DNA of 64,000 nucleotides. Source: Paragordius varius. Taxonomy: Eukaryota; Animalia; Nematomorpha. The notes beneath the pieces are model-generated. The model made no database searches, had not been told where the DNA came from, and worked only from the letters and a program-made list of their open reading frames with translations. How positions within the stretch are numbered: the stretch's first letter is position 1; every line of letters begins with the position of its first letter. Where the stretch lies: assembly GCA_964247055.1 (NCBI GenBank), contig OZ176050.1, forward strand, positions 8,618,001 through 8,682,000, given 5' to 3'. A program made the translations under genes and the position numbers. Of this stretch, positions 1-14,048 are shown piece after piece.

Positions 1-288
1 TATAACAATAACCCCGTATTAAAGGAATTATATAGAAAAAATTTACATGAATGATATAATTTAAACTAATTTATGTAAATAGGTATTATGTATAGTTAAC
101 ATTAAAAATGTATGATCTCATTATCAAAGGAGAGAGAGAGACAAGCTATTATAAGATTCATAAATTATGTTAAAAATATTTATTAAAACATTTTCACATT
201 TAGGTAATACATATTAATATATATAATCCGCTCCTTAGAAGAACAAAAGTAGAAATGTTAACAAATTAGCGATAAAAATGTATTTTAC

Positions 289-3200
289 CGAGTGACAAAA
301 TTTTTGGGTTAAGTGGACCCTGTTTCACGTTAAACGCTGATGATGATTGCGCGGCAGCGGCTGCTAATGCTAAAGCATCCATACCAGTTTGCTGTTGCTA
401 ATAAAAATATTGTTAATTTTACAATAAAATTAAAGGGAGAGTAAAAAGTAAAAGACAAACATTTTTGGGATACAAAAAACTGGTTTTTTGTTGATCCTTA
501 ATTTTATAAACCATTTACAGTTCAAATTTATCCTTGAACAATTCATATTCACCCTAAAAAACAATTCGAACTAGTATAACTCATTATTAATATGAAATAT
601 ATCTTTATAGCATAGTTTATTTTTCCAGTAGCATTTTAATTTACAATAATCTTTAAAAATTTATTAAATATAGGTAACTTTTAATTATATAAAACACATA
701 ATTTATTTGAGGGTGAATTATTGTTTAATAGTGAAAATTGTTCGTTGTTTAAGGGATATAAATCGTAAATGGTATATAAAACCTATTTGATTACGATTTG
801 TGATATAAGAAATAAAGATAAGAATTGCCAAGACAATAATTTTTAATATAACAATTGTAATCAAAAATAGTTTTCTTAAAAAACGTAAGTTTTTTAATTT
901 TCATGTGTCTTGATAATTTTCTATTTTCCTTGTAAATAATTAAATTTGGAATATAAATTACACTGGACAACAAATTTTTTCTGCCACTCGAGTTTTTTGA
1001 ATTTTCTGATATTTAGTATCATTTTAACAGTAAATCTGAAATAAAAATTATAACTCGTTGGAAGAATTTTGTATAATTTAAATTTATTGATTATGCGCCC
1101 TCTTTATAAAAATTTTACTAAAAAATATTTTTCTTTGAAAATATAAAGGTAATGCCCGTTTGTAATATATCATTCGAAAGAGTAATAAAAACTCTATAAT
1201 ATGCATACTAATATGTATTACATCGACAGTTTATTGGACACAAAGAGCGACAAACGCGCGAAGCGAGAGCATTTTTTTTAATTATTATATTTTTAAAACT
1301 AATGGATGAAAATAGCTCAAACTTTGTTTAGATGGTGATGAATGTCCAAAAAAGATAACACAAGAAAGTTTTTTTGATTAAAACATTTTTTTATTGCTTT
1401 TATGTCACTCAAAACAGCCATTTTTAAGTTTTTTGTTTTTTTAAAAATTACCATCTCATCAATATTAATTTATTTTCTTTACAAGGCTGATAATTTCGAA
1501 ATTTTAAAGATAGAAACAAAGTTTAAGGTATTTTTGATCTTTTATAGCCATTATATAATAAATTTACAGTTATAACTATGCATTTTAGTATCCACTAGGT
1601 AAAATATTTATTATATTTTTAATTTTTATTAAAAAAGCAAACCAAAAACTTTTTCAAACATTTTTTTTAAATTAAATACTAATATAACCCTAATAATTAT
1701 ATTAAAATAATTTATATGATTTTTAAATTAGTTTGTCTGTAAAATTCTTGACTTATTCAGGATTTGAAAATTTCGACCATTTAAATCCAAATAACTTTTA
1801 CATCCGAGTGATTTAAATGACTTACTCCCATTTAAAAGATGCAGTTTTTTGCGCTCTTTCGAATGATATAAAATACATGGCTTCATATTTAAAACTTTTA
1901 ATTTTCGAAATTTCGAGTTTAATGTTAAATCGTGGCCAAAAATTATCGATAAACTCTAATATAAAAATATTCTTCCATGCTAGACCAATTTTCTTTTCAG
2001 ATATACTAATTATGTACTTTAATGAAATAAATTTTAAATTTGCAAGAATGGCAGTTAAAAAAAGTTAAAATTTGTTGTCTAGTGTTAGTTAAATACCAAG
2101 ACAGGTTGATATGAGCCATGTTTGTAAGGCATATTAATACGTTGAATACCACCACCCATTGGTGCAATCATGGGCTGTCTAACATTGGCAATATTGTGGG
2201 TGGATGTGTTCAAGGGTTGATGGAGTCGAAATTGAGGAGTATTCCCGCCACTTAGGGGTACAGTTTGTAAGCCAAGATTACCCACAAGTGGTTTTTGGGC
2301 AATATTTAAGGGACCTTTAACAATGATAATAGTAATAAGTTTTAAAATTATTTCTCTTAATATAATACCGTAAAAATTAGTATTATAAAAACAGGAAATA
2401 ATTTTTTCAAAGATAAACACACATTTTTATATCTGGACTATATCACTTAAATGATTAATATTGTAAAATATATGGATGAGTAAACCACCAATCTTTATTT
2501 TTTATTCTTTAAATTAAGGTTTAAAAGAGTATGGCTGTAGTTTTAAAAAAATTAATTTTCTTTAGTTTTTTATCAATTTTTACTGTATAATCAATATACC
2601 TGTGGTAAGTAAGGCAGGTAGCGAAGTGGCTAAAGGTAAAGCCGATGACTTTATATTTGAAACGTTAACATTTGTTGAAAGGGTAGCGATTTGTGTGTTT
2701 AACATACCTAGTTCAATTATATAAAGGGAATTGAAAAAAAAGGATCAGAGTAATGATTATAGAAAAAAGCTATATAGTATGATAATTATATAATACTTGT
2801 GGACGCTAATATGGAAGAATTGGGTATTGCATTTATCATAGAAAAGGCCAGGTTTGAAGATGGTAAAAGAGAATTGGATTGAACAGGTTGATCATATTTT
2901 TGGATTTGTATAATATATTCATCGGCTAAGCCAAAGAAATACGCATTATAAATTAAATCGATAAATATCAATATGGGAAAAAAGATAAACTAATGGGTAA
3001 AACTCTTATTATTAGGTATATGGTGCAAAAAAAAACAAAGATATTTGGTTGCATTATATAATTAATATACAGTATGCATTTTAATGTCTGTTAAGTAATT
3101 TTATTACCTGCCAAATAACATAAATGGTTTATCAAAAGCGTAAAATACTGACCCACGAAATTATTTCGTAGTACACATATGAAAGAAGATTGACGTGAGA

Positions 3201-6200
3201 ATTAACATAGGCTTTAATTTGATGGATATTTTGTAATGTTAAATTTTGGGAATATTATAGCAATTTATGTTAACATTTGTAATATTGTTGTTACGTATTT
3301 AGATGCGGAATTTTGTGGGTTTTTATCTTTGATAAATTAATAAATAGTAAAATACGTATTTTAAGATATTTTATGTTAATTATTCCTAAATTTAATAATA
3401 AATATTTTTCAACATGCTAAATACCTGTATTAATTAATCTTGGTATTATAATTTTATATAGTTGTTATTACTAATTAAAAAAACACAGGTAAATATATAT
3501 TTGTGAAAATTTAAGTAGATTTTTGTCTTTTATGTTTTGGTTAATTATTAATAATTTTTAAGTATTTCAGACATTTTAATCAGGTAAAAATTGCGGTTTT
3601 AAATAACTTTAGTAAAAACTTAGTTTTTTTTGGTTTTTTAGGTTTTGCATTTTTATTTGTTATTAATTACCACATATTTTGGACATTATAATAAATACAG
3701 GTAAAAATTGCGGTTTTTAACAAATTTAGTAAAAATTTAGTTTTTTTTTGGTTTTTTAGGTTTTGCATTTTTAATTGTAATTAATTACCACATATTTTAT
3801 GCATTATAATAAATACAGGTAAAAATTGCGGTTTTTAACAAATTTTGTAAAAATAAGTTTTTTTTGTTTTTTTATGTTTTGCATTATTAATTGTAATTAA
3901 TTACTACATATTTTGGACATTATAATTAATACAGGTAAAATTGCGGTTGTTTATATATTTGGTATTATTGTTTTTTTATTTAACATTGTTAATCGTAATT
4001 AATTTCTATATATTTGGAAATTTTAATAATTACAGGTGAAAATGGCGGTTTTTAACGAATTTAAATTTAACATTTTTTGTATTTTGTATCATTGTTATTT
4101 AATTAATTACTAAATATTTTGGACATTTAAAACCTGATGTAAATTGCGGTTTTTAATAAATTAATATACAGGTAAAAATTACTATGATTTGCGGTTTTTT
4201 AAAATATTATTTTTTTGTTTTACATTGATAACTAATATATTAAATAGAGTTAACATATCTGAGCAGGTAAAAATGCATGTTACGGTTTTATGTTTGACAT
4301 TTTATTTTCCAAATCAACTATTTATATTTTACAAACACCTTGTCACCAAAGATTGAAAATAAGATCAAGATATATAAAACATCTTTTAAAGTATCTGAAT
4401 ATCGCCAAATATAAATAAATTTATTTGAATTATAAATGTATAATTATACAAAATATTCCTAATATTATGTTTAAAATTAGCATTCTTCTGATATTAATAC
4501 AGGTAATTTCTTTCTAATATTGATATACGATGCGGTGTGTTCATGATGATCATATCTTAGGTAGATTCTATCAACTAAAATATAAGAAAGGTATTTATTA
4601 ATATATTAGAAAATTGATACCTGGATTCTAGAAGTATTTTTAACATAATTTTAAATGTTGGGGACATAAACATTCAAAGTTTGAAAGGGAACTAAGCAAA
4701 AACATTTAAATTTTGAAAGGGAACTAGATAAGGTTGACTTGGCTTTTTAACAACTAAATTTGCAAAAAATTATTTTCTTCATGATAAAAAGTTCAAAAAT
4801 GATACTTTATGTTTTTGCGTTTTCGTTTATCTTAAACTATAAATATGAAATTCTTCACCAAAGCAATGTTAGTGTTGCCTGCTTAGTTTTTGGAGTGCTG
4901 TTGCATTCAAAGCTTTTGAAAAAAAATATTTGTTTCTATTTTCTATTTGACGTCATTGGTGAAATCATATATGTAAGCCTTTTCATATTTATAGTTTGGG
5001 ATAGTAGAACGAAAATGCAAAAACAAAAGTATCATTTAATTTTTTATCATGAAGAAAATAATTTTTTGCAAATTTAGTTGTTAAAAAGCCAAGTCAACCT
5101 TATCTAGTTCCCTTTCAAAATTTAAATGTTTTTGCTTAGTTCCCTTTCAAACTTTGAATGTTTATGCCCCCAACATTTAAAATTATGTTAAAAATACTTC
5201 TAGAATCCAGGTATCAATTTTCTAATATATTAATAAATACCTTTCTTATATTTTAGTTGATAGAATCTACCTAAGATATGATCATCATGAACACACCGCA
5301 TCGTATATCAATATTAGAAAGAAATTACCTGTATTAATATCAGAAGAATGCTAATTTTAAACATAATATTAGGAATATTTTGTATAATTATACATTTATA
5401 ATTCAAATAAATTTATTTATATTTGGCGATATTCAGATACTTTAAAAGATGTTTTATATATCTTGATCTTATTTTCAATCTTTGGTGACAAGGTGTTTGT
5501 AAAATATAAATAGTTGATTTGGAAAATAAAATGTCAAACATAAAACCGTAACATGCATTTTTACCTGCTTAGATATGTTAACTCTATTTAATATATTAGT
5601 TATCAATGTAAAACAAAAAAATAATATTTTAAAAAACCGCAAATCATAGTAATTTTTACCTGTATATTAATTTATTAAAAACCGCAATTTACACCAGTTT
5701 TTTAAATGTCCAAAATATGTAGTAATTAATTACAACTAACAATGCAAAACCTAAAAAACTAAATTTTTAGTAAATTTATTAAAAACCGCAATTTTTACCT
5801 CTATTTATTATAATGTCCAAAATATGTAGTAATTATTTACAACTAACAATGCAAAACCTAAAAAACAAAAAAAAACTAAATTTTTAGTAAATTTATTAAA
5901 AACCGCAATTTTTACCTCTATTTATTATAATGTCCAAAATATGTAGTAATTATTTACAACTAACAATGCAAAACCTAAAAAAAAAAAAAAACTAAATTTT
6001 TAGGAAATCTATTAAAAACCGCAGTTTTTACCTGATAAAAATAATGCAAAACATAAAAGACAAAAATCTACTTAAATTTTCACAAATATATATTTACCTG
6101 TGTTTTTTTAATTAGTAATAACAACTATATAAAATTATAATACCAAGATTAATTAATACAGGTATTTAGCATGTTGAAAAATATTTATTATTAAATTTAG

Positions 6201-9200
6201 GAATAATTAACATAAAATATCTTAAAATACGTATTTTACTATTTATTAATTTATCAAAGATAAAAACCCACAAAATTCCGCATCTAAATACGTAACAACA
6301 ATATTACAAATGTTAACATAAATTGCTATAATATTCCCAAAATTTAACATTACAAAATATCCATCAAATTAAAGCCTATGTTAATTCTCACGTCAATCTT
6401 CTTTCATATGTGTACTACGAAATAATTTCGTGGGTCAGTATTTTACGCTTTTGATAAACCATTTATGTTATTTGGTAGGCAATAAAATTACTTAACAGAC
6501 ATTAAAATGCATACTGTAATAAAAGTAAAATGTATTAAAATTATAAATAAAAAAAGTAATCTTAAAAAATTATAACGTTTGGCAGGAAGTGGCAACAATT
6601 TTGCCAAAAAATTAATATTTATAAATACAGGCTAATAAATCCATAGTAGTGTCTCTCTTTTTAATGAATAAAACTGATAAAATTTAATGAATAAATAAAA
6701 ATGGTTAACCATTTGCAACACTGGTCCAACTAATCTCTAAACTCGTATTGTTTGCTTTCACAAGTTGAATTTTGACTGGAGCTATGGGCCGCTCAGTTTC
6801 CAAATACCATAAATCTTTGCAACATACCTAAGTGTAAAATAATAATTTGCAAACAAAATGCTCGATATAAAATGATATATTTATTAAACAAATTTGATTA
6901 CAAAGATTGCCATCAAGCAGTATATAAATGGTTATCGTTTGCATTCTAGCAGTTTTCTGTTTATTTTCAATTTTAAAAAGTTAAAGTTATGAATATTCCA
7001 CCAAATGACAGATATTTACCATAACCTAAATATACCATTTACAATTCAATTTCACCCTTTAACAATTCTAAATCACCCTTGAACAATTCAAATTCACCCT
7101 CAAATAAAATATATGTTTTTTAAAATTAAAAAACACCTATAGTTTATATATTTTTTTAAAAAAAAAATTTTGTTTTAAATTAAAATAATACTGAAAAAAT
7201 AATAAACTATACCATAAACATATATTTCATATTAATAAAGAGTTATATTAGTTATAATTTATTTTTAAAGTGAATTTGAATTGTTCAAGGGTGAATTCGA
7301 ATTGTTCAAGGGTGAATTTGAATTGTTCAAGGGTGAATTTGAATTGTTCAAGGGTGAATTTGAACTGTAAATGGTATACTTACATACTAATAATGTTTGG
7401 TTATTTCTTTATTATTAATAATTTTCAATATAATCGTAAATAATACTGAATTTTTTAGCTATGTGATCTTGTTCAAAATGTTAATATATTAAATATTTAC
7501 TTGATTATTCCACGCTTTTCTATAACCATCTCGACCGCTCCAAACGTAAATCCGTTTATTTATGGTGACCGAACAATGGCCAGCCCGGGCCCTTGGTCTA
7601 TTCTCTTCAAAGGAATCCTTATAAACCTCATCCCATTGCATTGTTTCTGTAAAGAAAAAAAATAGTTGCTATATTTTGCAAAAAAATAAATCAATAAAAC
7701 TTGAATTGACAAAATTTTATGTAATAATATAGTATGAATCGTAAAATCTATTCAAAACTAATATATATATGTAGAGTTTTTGATATATATAATATCTTTT
7801 TCAGACAAAAAAAATGAAAGGAAAAAAATAAAATGAGTTTATAAATAATATGTTAAACCTAAATTGAATATGGCCAATGAATTTGTGCATTTCCATTCTT
7901 TTTCATGAGCTGTGTTATCTGATTCATCGATAATCAATGGAATCCATCCACCAAAAACGAACATCCTATTTACCATATTAATTGTTTAATTTTCTTATTT
8001 TTTAAATAATATTTTTATAAAAAGTATGTAAATTTTAATTTTACAATTACTTTACGCTGATTATATGGACCATTATATTATAGAAACTTTTAAAACATTA
8101 ATTTTTTATGATGTGGGCTTTCGCACATCATTTGAAATGTTAACGATATATACCATTTACAATTTAAATTCACACTTAACAATTCAAATTCACCGTTGAA
8201 TAATTCAATTTCCCTAAAAATAGATTGTGATTTTGGGATAATATAACTCATAATTAATAATAGTTTATTATTTTTTCAGCATTATATTAATTTTAACCAG
8301 AATTTGATACCTTAAAAATATTAAAAATTAAAGGTAATTTTTAATAAAAAACACAATTTATTTTAGGGTAACTTTAAATTACTCAAGGGAGAATTTGAAT
8401 TGTTCATAGGTGAATTTGAACATAAATAGTATATAAAGTAAAATGGTAATTAAAAGAAAAAGTTAGGTAGAGATTATAGGCAAAAATTAAAATTTTCTAT
8501 TACTTATTTCCAATCACGTTTGCGGAATGTAAACTACGAGGCAATGGTTGAATCCCAGTTAATTGTATCTGTGACCACTGCATAGAAGCTAAATTGAGAT
8601 AATAAAAATTTTTTATATATAAAACATTAAGAAAACAGCAAAGTTATTAATAGAAATTGATTCATTATTCATTATATCAATATATAATATTTGCACAACC
8701 ATTTTTAATCATAGATGCATTTTAAATACTATACAAATGAAATAAAAAAGTGAAAATTTTTTGGAGGCTAACCAATATCCAATAACCACATATCACCCAA
8801 TCGATTCCCATTCATACCACCGTAAACAATCATTTGAGGTCCATTTTTACCCTCGTAAGCTACTGCACTGTGACTTTCACGTGGATGAGGTGGGGAACCA
8901 AAGGTGGTCGGCATATCCCACATCAAAGTAATAGAACTTGGATTTAAATCCAACACATATAAATCGTTAAGATATCTGCAAATTTAAACAGAATACGGCA
9001 TTTTAAATTAATAAGTTAAAATTAAATAACCTAATTTATGAATTCCATAAATTTTGGTTAAAGGCATCGCGTGTCAGGAGAATTAATTAAAAATTATTTT
9101 ATTTATATGGCAATTTAGCCATCGTTTGCTATACCAAACTCGTGCCGCTACCGACTGTTAAATTGTAAATGTTTATAGTTTATTTATTAAACTACTTTAA

Positions 9201-11932
9201 TTGACCTATCAACCACTGTTTTTGTCATTTAAAACATAAAATTGACGTTAAACCACTCTAACTAATGATTTGGTGCCACTATATCCTGTAAAACAGGGGT
9301 TCCCAATAGGGAGCGCGAAAATTTGGAGAATTCAATTATAAGATATAACTAAAAAAATTAAAGTCTAATAAGGATCTCAGCTGCAATTTATCAATATTTG
9401 GCCCCAGTATGCAGAAAATCATTCATCTATCCCAGATACAAGGTTCGCATTGATTATATTTTTTATAATATTACAATAAGCTTTGCATTTTGATTTTTGA
9501 GAGGGCGCAAGATTTTATTTTTTCAATTTGAAGGGAGGGGGAACAAAAAAAGGTTGGGAATCACTGCTGTAAAATATCTGGGTGATTTTTAAAAGGAAGT
9601 ACAACCGAAAAAAAGAGCATGTTTTGCTGCTGTGTACTTCATATTAAACTCTTCAGCCAAAATCGTATATTCTCTCGAAGACCTATCATTTTTAAATCTG
9701 ATTTAACAAACAGATTTGGCTTTCTCATAATTGCTTTCTATTTTATTGGCATAGAAATTTCAGTCCTTCAAGATATAATAGAATGTTTTATTCTTCTTCG
9801 CATCTTTTGGTCTAATAAAATTGATTGCTGAAATTTTTTATGCAGAGTTCAAAATCATTGCTGACATAGCGCTCAAAAGATACCAGTCGTATGATATTAG
9901 TTTTATGTGGTATGTTGATACATTTTCTTTCTATCCCAAAGAATGTTCGATTTATACGATAATTTGTTATCGGGATTCTCTTGGATACAAATCCATTTAA
10001 ATTGTAATCAGAATCAAACTTGTCGTATAGACATCACCTTTAAAGAAGCATTTATACCTAAGCACTACAAACCAATCATCTCTGAAATGCTTCATATTTA
10101 TGCTTTTGAATTAGTCTTTGTAGCTGCCGAATTCATGAAGATTTTTTTGTATAATCACCCCAGCAATAACCATCCTTTAAACAACAATGGTTGTTTTCAT
10201 TTCGCCAACGAATACGATCATGTTAGTCAGATTAAACTGATAACTGTATCCTGCATATCTGGAACTATGATCCAACACTCCACCATTGTAAAAGTATTTG
10301 AAAATGTTCCACAATTTTTATATCATAACAACAACTCACCCAGTATTAGATACTGTAACCTGTATCAAAGAAAATCATGGCCAATCGCAATCTGTTTTTA
10401 CTAAACGAAAAGATGAAGTGATGAAGATAAGAAATAAATGTATTTTCATGTATCTGAACCCTGAAGACCGGCAAACTTAAATTACTATGCGAAGAAATAG
10501 AGGTAGAAATAGCAATATGTAAAGGGAACCAAACATGCTTGAACCCGGGTTAAAGCTGATAGGCCTAGGAAAGAATGGTATCTCTTAAGCGAACAGCAAT
10601 GAATATAAAGAGGTTTTAATTACAGTTAATGTATTTTATCACAAAATATCATCCAGATATTTTACAAGAATTTATTGGCACTAAATCATTGGTTAAAGTG
10701 GTTATAGACCAAAATTTAAATGACAAAAACAGTGGTTGATAGGTCATTTACAGTGGTTAATAAATAAACATCTAATAACTATCTCACATTTTTTTGCATC
10801 TCTCCACTGGTAATTTTATTTCTAAGTGGACGAATTTGATTATCTATATTATATCATCATTTTCAAGTTTAAAGTGTGAATTCAAATTTTTTTGGATGAT
10901 ATTTGCTATAAAACTTATAATTTTCACTATTATATCTAAAATTTCTAATGCCCTAATATTAGCTCATTTATGAATCCATACTTGCATAGGGTGCATTAAT
11001 TTTTACTGAAAATTAGGATAAATCTAATCTAACCAAGTAGAAGATAAAACGCAAAAATTCAAATAAGTATCAGGCAGATCCAAAAAAGAGTTAAATTTAA
11101 CCGATATCCAGTTTTAAAAAATATTAAATGATCATATGGAAGAAAAAAAGAATAAGTTGTGAACTGGGAGCCGTAGCAAAAAATCTTTTAAAACCGAAAT
11201 TAAAATTTATGCTTTCCCAATCACCAAGCTAAAATATCTCTTTAGATATAACATCATAATTTTATTTTTATTGTCGTAAAAAAATTTTTTGCCATACATT
11301 TGAAAACTTTTTTATATTATATACAATGCAATAATTTTAATTCAATAGGATACCTAGGTATATTATTTTTAGGATCTTCACTTTCGTTAGCTAAACCGCC
11401 AAATAAATAGGCTTTTCCATTTATAAGCGTAAAGCTATGGCCTAAGCGTGGACATGGCAGACTCAAATGTTTTGGCGCCTTGGGTTTCAATCTTTTCCAT
11501 TCCCATCGACTTGCCTAAGACATATTAAATGCATTTAAATTAAGGGATTAAATAAAAAGATGTAATAATAATATAACACCTGTAATTCATATAACTCATG
11601 GGAATACTTTCCATACTCTATCATACCACCAAAAATTAAAAGGCGAGTCCCATCACAGACAAACCCGTAAGCGGCGCAACCTGGTGGGATATCTCCTTGT
11701 ACTACTGGAGTAAACCATTGATTCGTGACTAAAATTTATATATAAAAATTTTCAATTAAAATTAAATTATCATACCTGTATTAAAAACGTGAAGTTCATC
11801 AACGATTCCCTCGTTTCCTCCACCAAAAACAATCATTAATTCTTTGATAGAGACAGCTCTATGCCCATGTCTAGGCCTAGGAGAGGGTCCCTGAAAGTTT
11901 GTAACTTTTTTCCATTTTATGGGGGCAGCCAT
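289..11932 (-). CDS. HCFC1: Host cell factor 1-like (Kelch repeats + first FnIII half + low-complexity region), 3'-partial
   Basis: GT-AG exons: 11932-11776, 11728-11580, 11514-11354, 8975-8773, 8588-8504, 7968-7859, 7646-7501, 6827-6710, 2925-2797, 2707-2600, 2314-2097, 397-289. They give [134 protein letters not shown], the HCF-1 Kelch signature. The gene continues beyond base 1. Confidence 0.93.
511..772. mobile_element. MITE of the CCATTTAC/21-bp-repeat family (copy 1)
   Basis: Starts CCATTTACAGTTCAAATTT and ends ..CGTAAATGG|TA; degenerate AATTCAAATTCACCCTTGAAC units at both ends; interior shared with copies 2-5. Confidence 0.8.
3070..6516. mobile_element. 3.4-kb fold-back (palindromic) non-autonomous Tc1/mariner-type element in HCF-1 intron 8
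   Basis: TA|CAGTATGCATTTTAATGTCTG at 3068-3090 and CAGACATTAAAATGCATACTG|TA ending at 6518; arms about 3070-4850 and 4981-6516 are reverse complements with a loop of about 130 nt; internal ~115-120-bp minisatellite; no transposase. Confidence 0.9.
7035..7374. mobile_element. MITE of the CCATTTAC/21-bp-repeat family (copy 2)
   Basis: TA|CCATTTACAATTCAAT...GAACTGTAAATGG|TA; about 3 left and 5 right 21-bp units; TA on both sides. Confidence 0.88.
8153..8429. mobile_element. MITE of the CCATTTAC/21-bp-repeat family (copy 3, decayed right end)
   Basis: TA|CCATTTACAATTTAAATTCAC at the left; GGTGAATTTGAACATAAATAG|TA at the right. Confidence 0.75.
9175..10770. mobile_element. Inverted-repeat-bounded element of unknown family in HCF-1 intron 3
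   Basis: About 9175-9290 (GACCTATCAACCACTGTTTTTGTCATTTAAA) recurs in reverse at about 10650-10770; the homology continues across the nested hAT insertion; the interior is GC-richer and has a 153-aa ORF I do not recognise. Exact ends unclear. Confidence 0.55.
9294..9566. mobile_element. hAT-type MITE with 8-bp target-site duplication
   Basis: TIR CAGGGGTTCCCAA ... TTGGGAATCACTG, flanked by identical CTGTAAAA at 9286-9293 and 9567-9574. Confidence 0.85.
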
Positions 11933-12861
11933 TTTGTCAAAATAATTTTCGATTTTTTTATGCGTTCATTAATAAAAACAGATGTAAGAATAAGATATTT
12001 CAGACAGTATAAAAGAGGTATTGACCATAGTTAAAATTTTTTATATTCGAGTTGCCATATATATATATAAAGGGCATGGTTGAAAAATATTCTGAAAAAT
12101 ATATCTGGATTTTTGCATTATTTTTTTGTGGTTAACTAGTCATGAAAGAAAGATTTTCCACTTTTGTGGCGTACTTGTGTAAAAAACATTAAATTTGCAC
12201 ACTTTTTTCATTTAATTTTTGGTGATATCAAATGCCTTATTTTAAAATATATTAATAATATATATATCAAGCTAATAGTAAATGTTAGATGTGGGTTAAG
12301 AATATCTCAAATTATTGCTATCTACACTGCATCCATAATCGGGGATATCATAAAACAGTACTCAATATATCATAAACTATATAAAAAGCAAACAATATTA
12401 TAAAAAATCTCAATTTTTAGATGTGCCGAAAGTTTCCAATTTCTGTGAAAATTGCCTAGTTCTCTTAAAATAAACGCAAAACGCTGGGATTGTGAGATTA
12501 ATATTTTTAATATATAATAAATTTTAATATCAACCAAAAATTTTTACATAATTTATTAAAAAATTAATTTTTATCGCATCATTTTGTTCTAGATTGCATA
12601 TTAGGGTAGTTTCATATTTCAGAGCTAAATTGAAAGTTTTTTAATTAAAATATAATCGAAAATTGCTCTCGGGTATTAGAAAAAAAGCTTATATCTTTTA
12701 CTGTTTTGTGACTTCTACTGTTTAAAATAGGCAGCTCTGAAAACATGATTAACCGAAGAGCCGATATTAAAATCAAAATATACCAAGTCTTTCTTATAGC
12801 TTAAAAGCTTGTTAAAGTTAAATTTTTACATTTTCTGATTTTCATTTTTTTGCCTTAGCGA

Positions 12862-13384
12862 TACTTCGATTTAAATTGGAGTATCTAAATACTCAGACTA
12901 AATTTTAGTTAATATTTTTAAAAACCTACTGAAACGGTCCCAATTTAAATTTATGCTTTATCCTAATAAATTTTATAAATAAATATCTAAATATCAAACT
13001 ACTTCGACACCATATTTATTTTACAAAATGTTTGCAGATATTTGTATTAAAATGAGAAATTAAACCAAAATTTTTATTAAATCACATCTAACATTGATAA
13101 AAAATAGATAAAAGGGTTTATTTTGAAATTTTTTCAATTTAGCCAATGCACTCATGCAACGTTGACAAATTTTTACCTTTAGGTTTTACCTTAAAATAAG
13201 TAATATCAAGTATTTTTGGATGAATTTTTTTATATATTCTGGTTTATTAAAATTATATAAGGGTAAAATTTTGCCAAAGTTTTGATTCCTGCATTTTTAA
13301 CATATTTAATTTTAAACAGACCTGGGGTATTAAACTATCCCAATTTGTATCGAAAGACTAAAATAAATGCGTTGTATCCAAGTG
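12862..13384. mobile_element. TTAA-associated MITE, copy A (left end decayed)
   Basis: Direct repeat of 13467-14048; subterminal IR CTTCGATTTAAATTGG / CCAATTTGTATCGAAAG; ends AAGTG|TTAA. Confidence 0.65.
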
Positions 13385-13466
13385 TTAAAAAAATTATAGA
13401 CTAAAATAAAAAAAGTTTGAGATGTATTCATTTGCAATTTTATTTTATTCTAAAATTTATTTTTAA

Positions 13467-14048
13467 CACTTCGATTCAAATTGGGGTATTTAAATACCCC
13501 AGACTAAATTTAAATTAATATTTTTAAAAAACTACAGAAGGAAACGGTCCCAATTTAAATTTATGCTTCTATCCTGATAAATATTATATAAATATGCGAA
13601 AACATCTTGATAAAATTTTGTTTTTTAAGAAAAGCTCCATCTCAAACTACTTCGACGCCATTTTTATTTTACAAAATTTTTGCAAAATATCGTCTTTATT
13701 TAATTTTAAGGGTAAAACTAAAGCTAATTTTTTATATAAATTACATCTAACATTGATAGAAATAGAAAAAGCGGTTTTGTTTGTATAATTTTTCAATTTT
13801 AATATTTGACACATGTCACGTTGACGAAATTTTTACCTTTCGGTTTTAGCTTAAAATAAGTAATATCAAGTATTTTTGAATAAAATTTTTTATATATTTC
13901 GGTTTATTAATGTTATATAAGTGCAAAATTTTGCCATGGTTTCGATTGCGTAGATACTTTTTAAAGTATTTGATTTTAAACAGGCCTGGGGTATCCAACT
14001 ACCCCAATTTGAATCGAAGGACTAAAATGAGTGTGTTGTATCCAAGTG
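13467..14048. mobile_element. TTAA-flanked MITE (piggyBac-like target site), copy B
   Basis: TTAA|CACTTCGATTCAAATTGGGGTA ... ACCCCAATTTGAATCGAAG ... AAGTG|TTAA. Confidence 0.75.

Noticed and set aside
4760-5077. 105-aa hydrophobic ORF
   Set aside because: Starts at TTG, spans the loop of the fold-back element, and is AT-biased with no recognisable motif.
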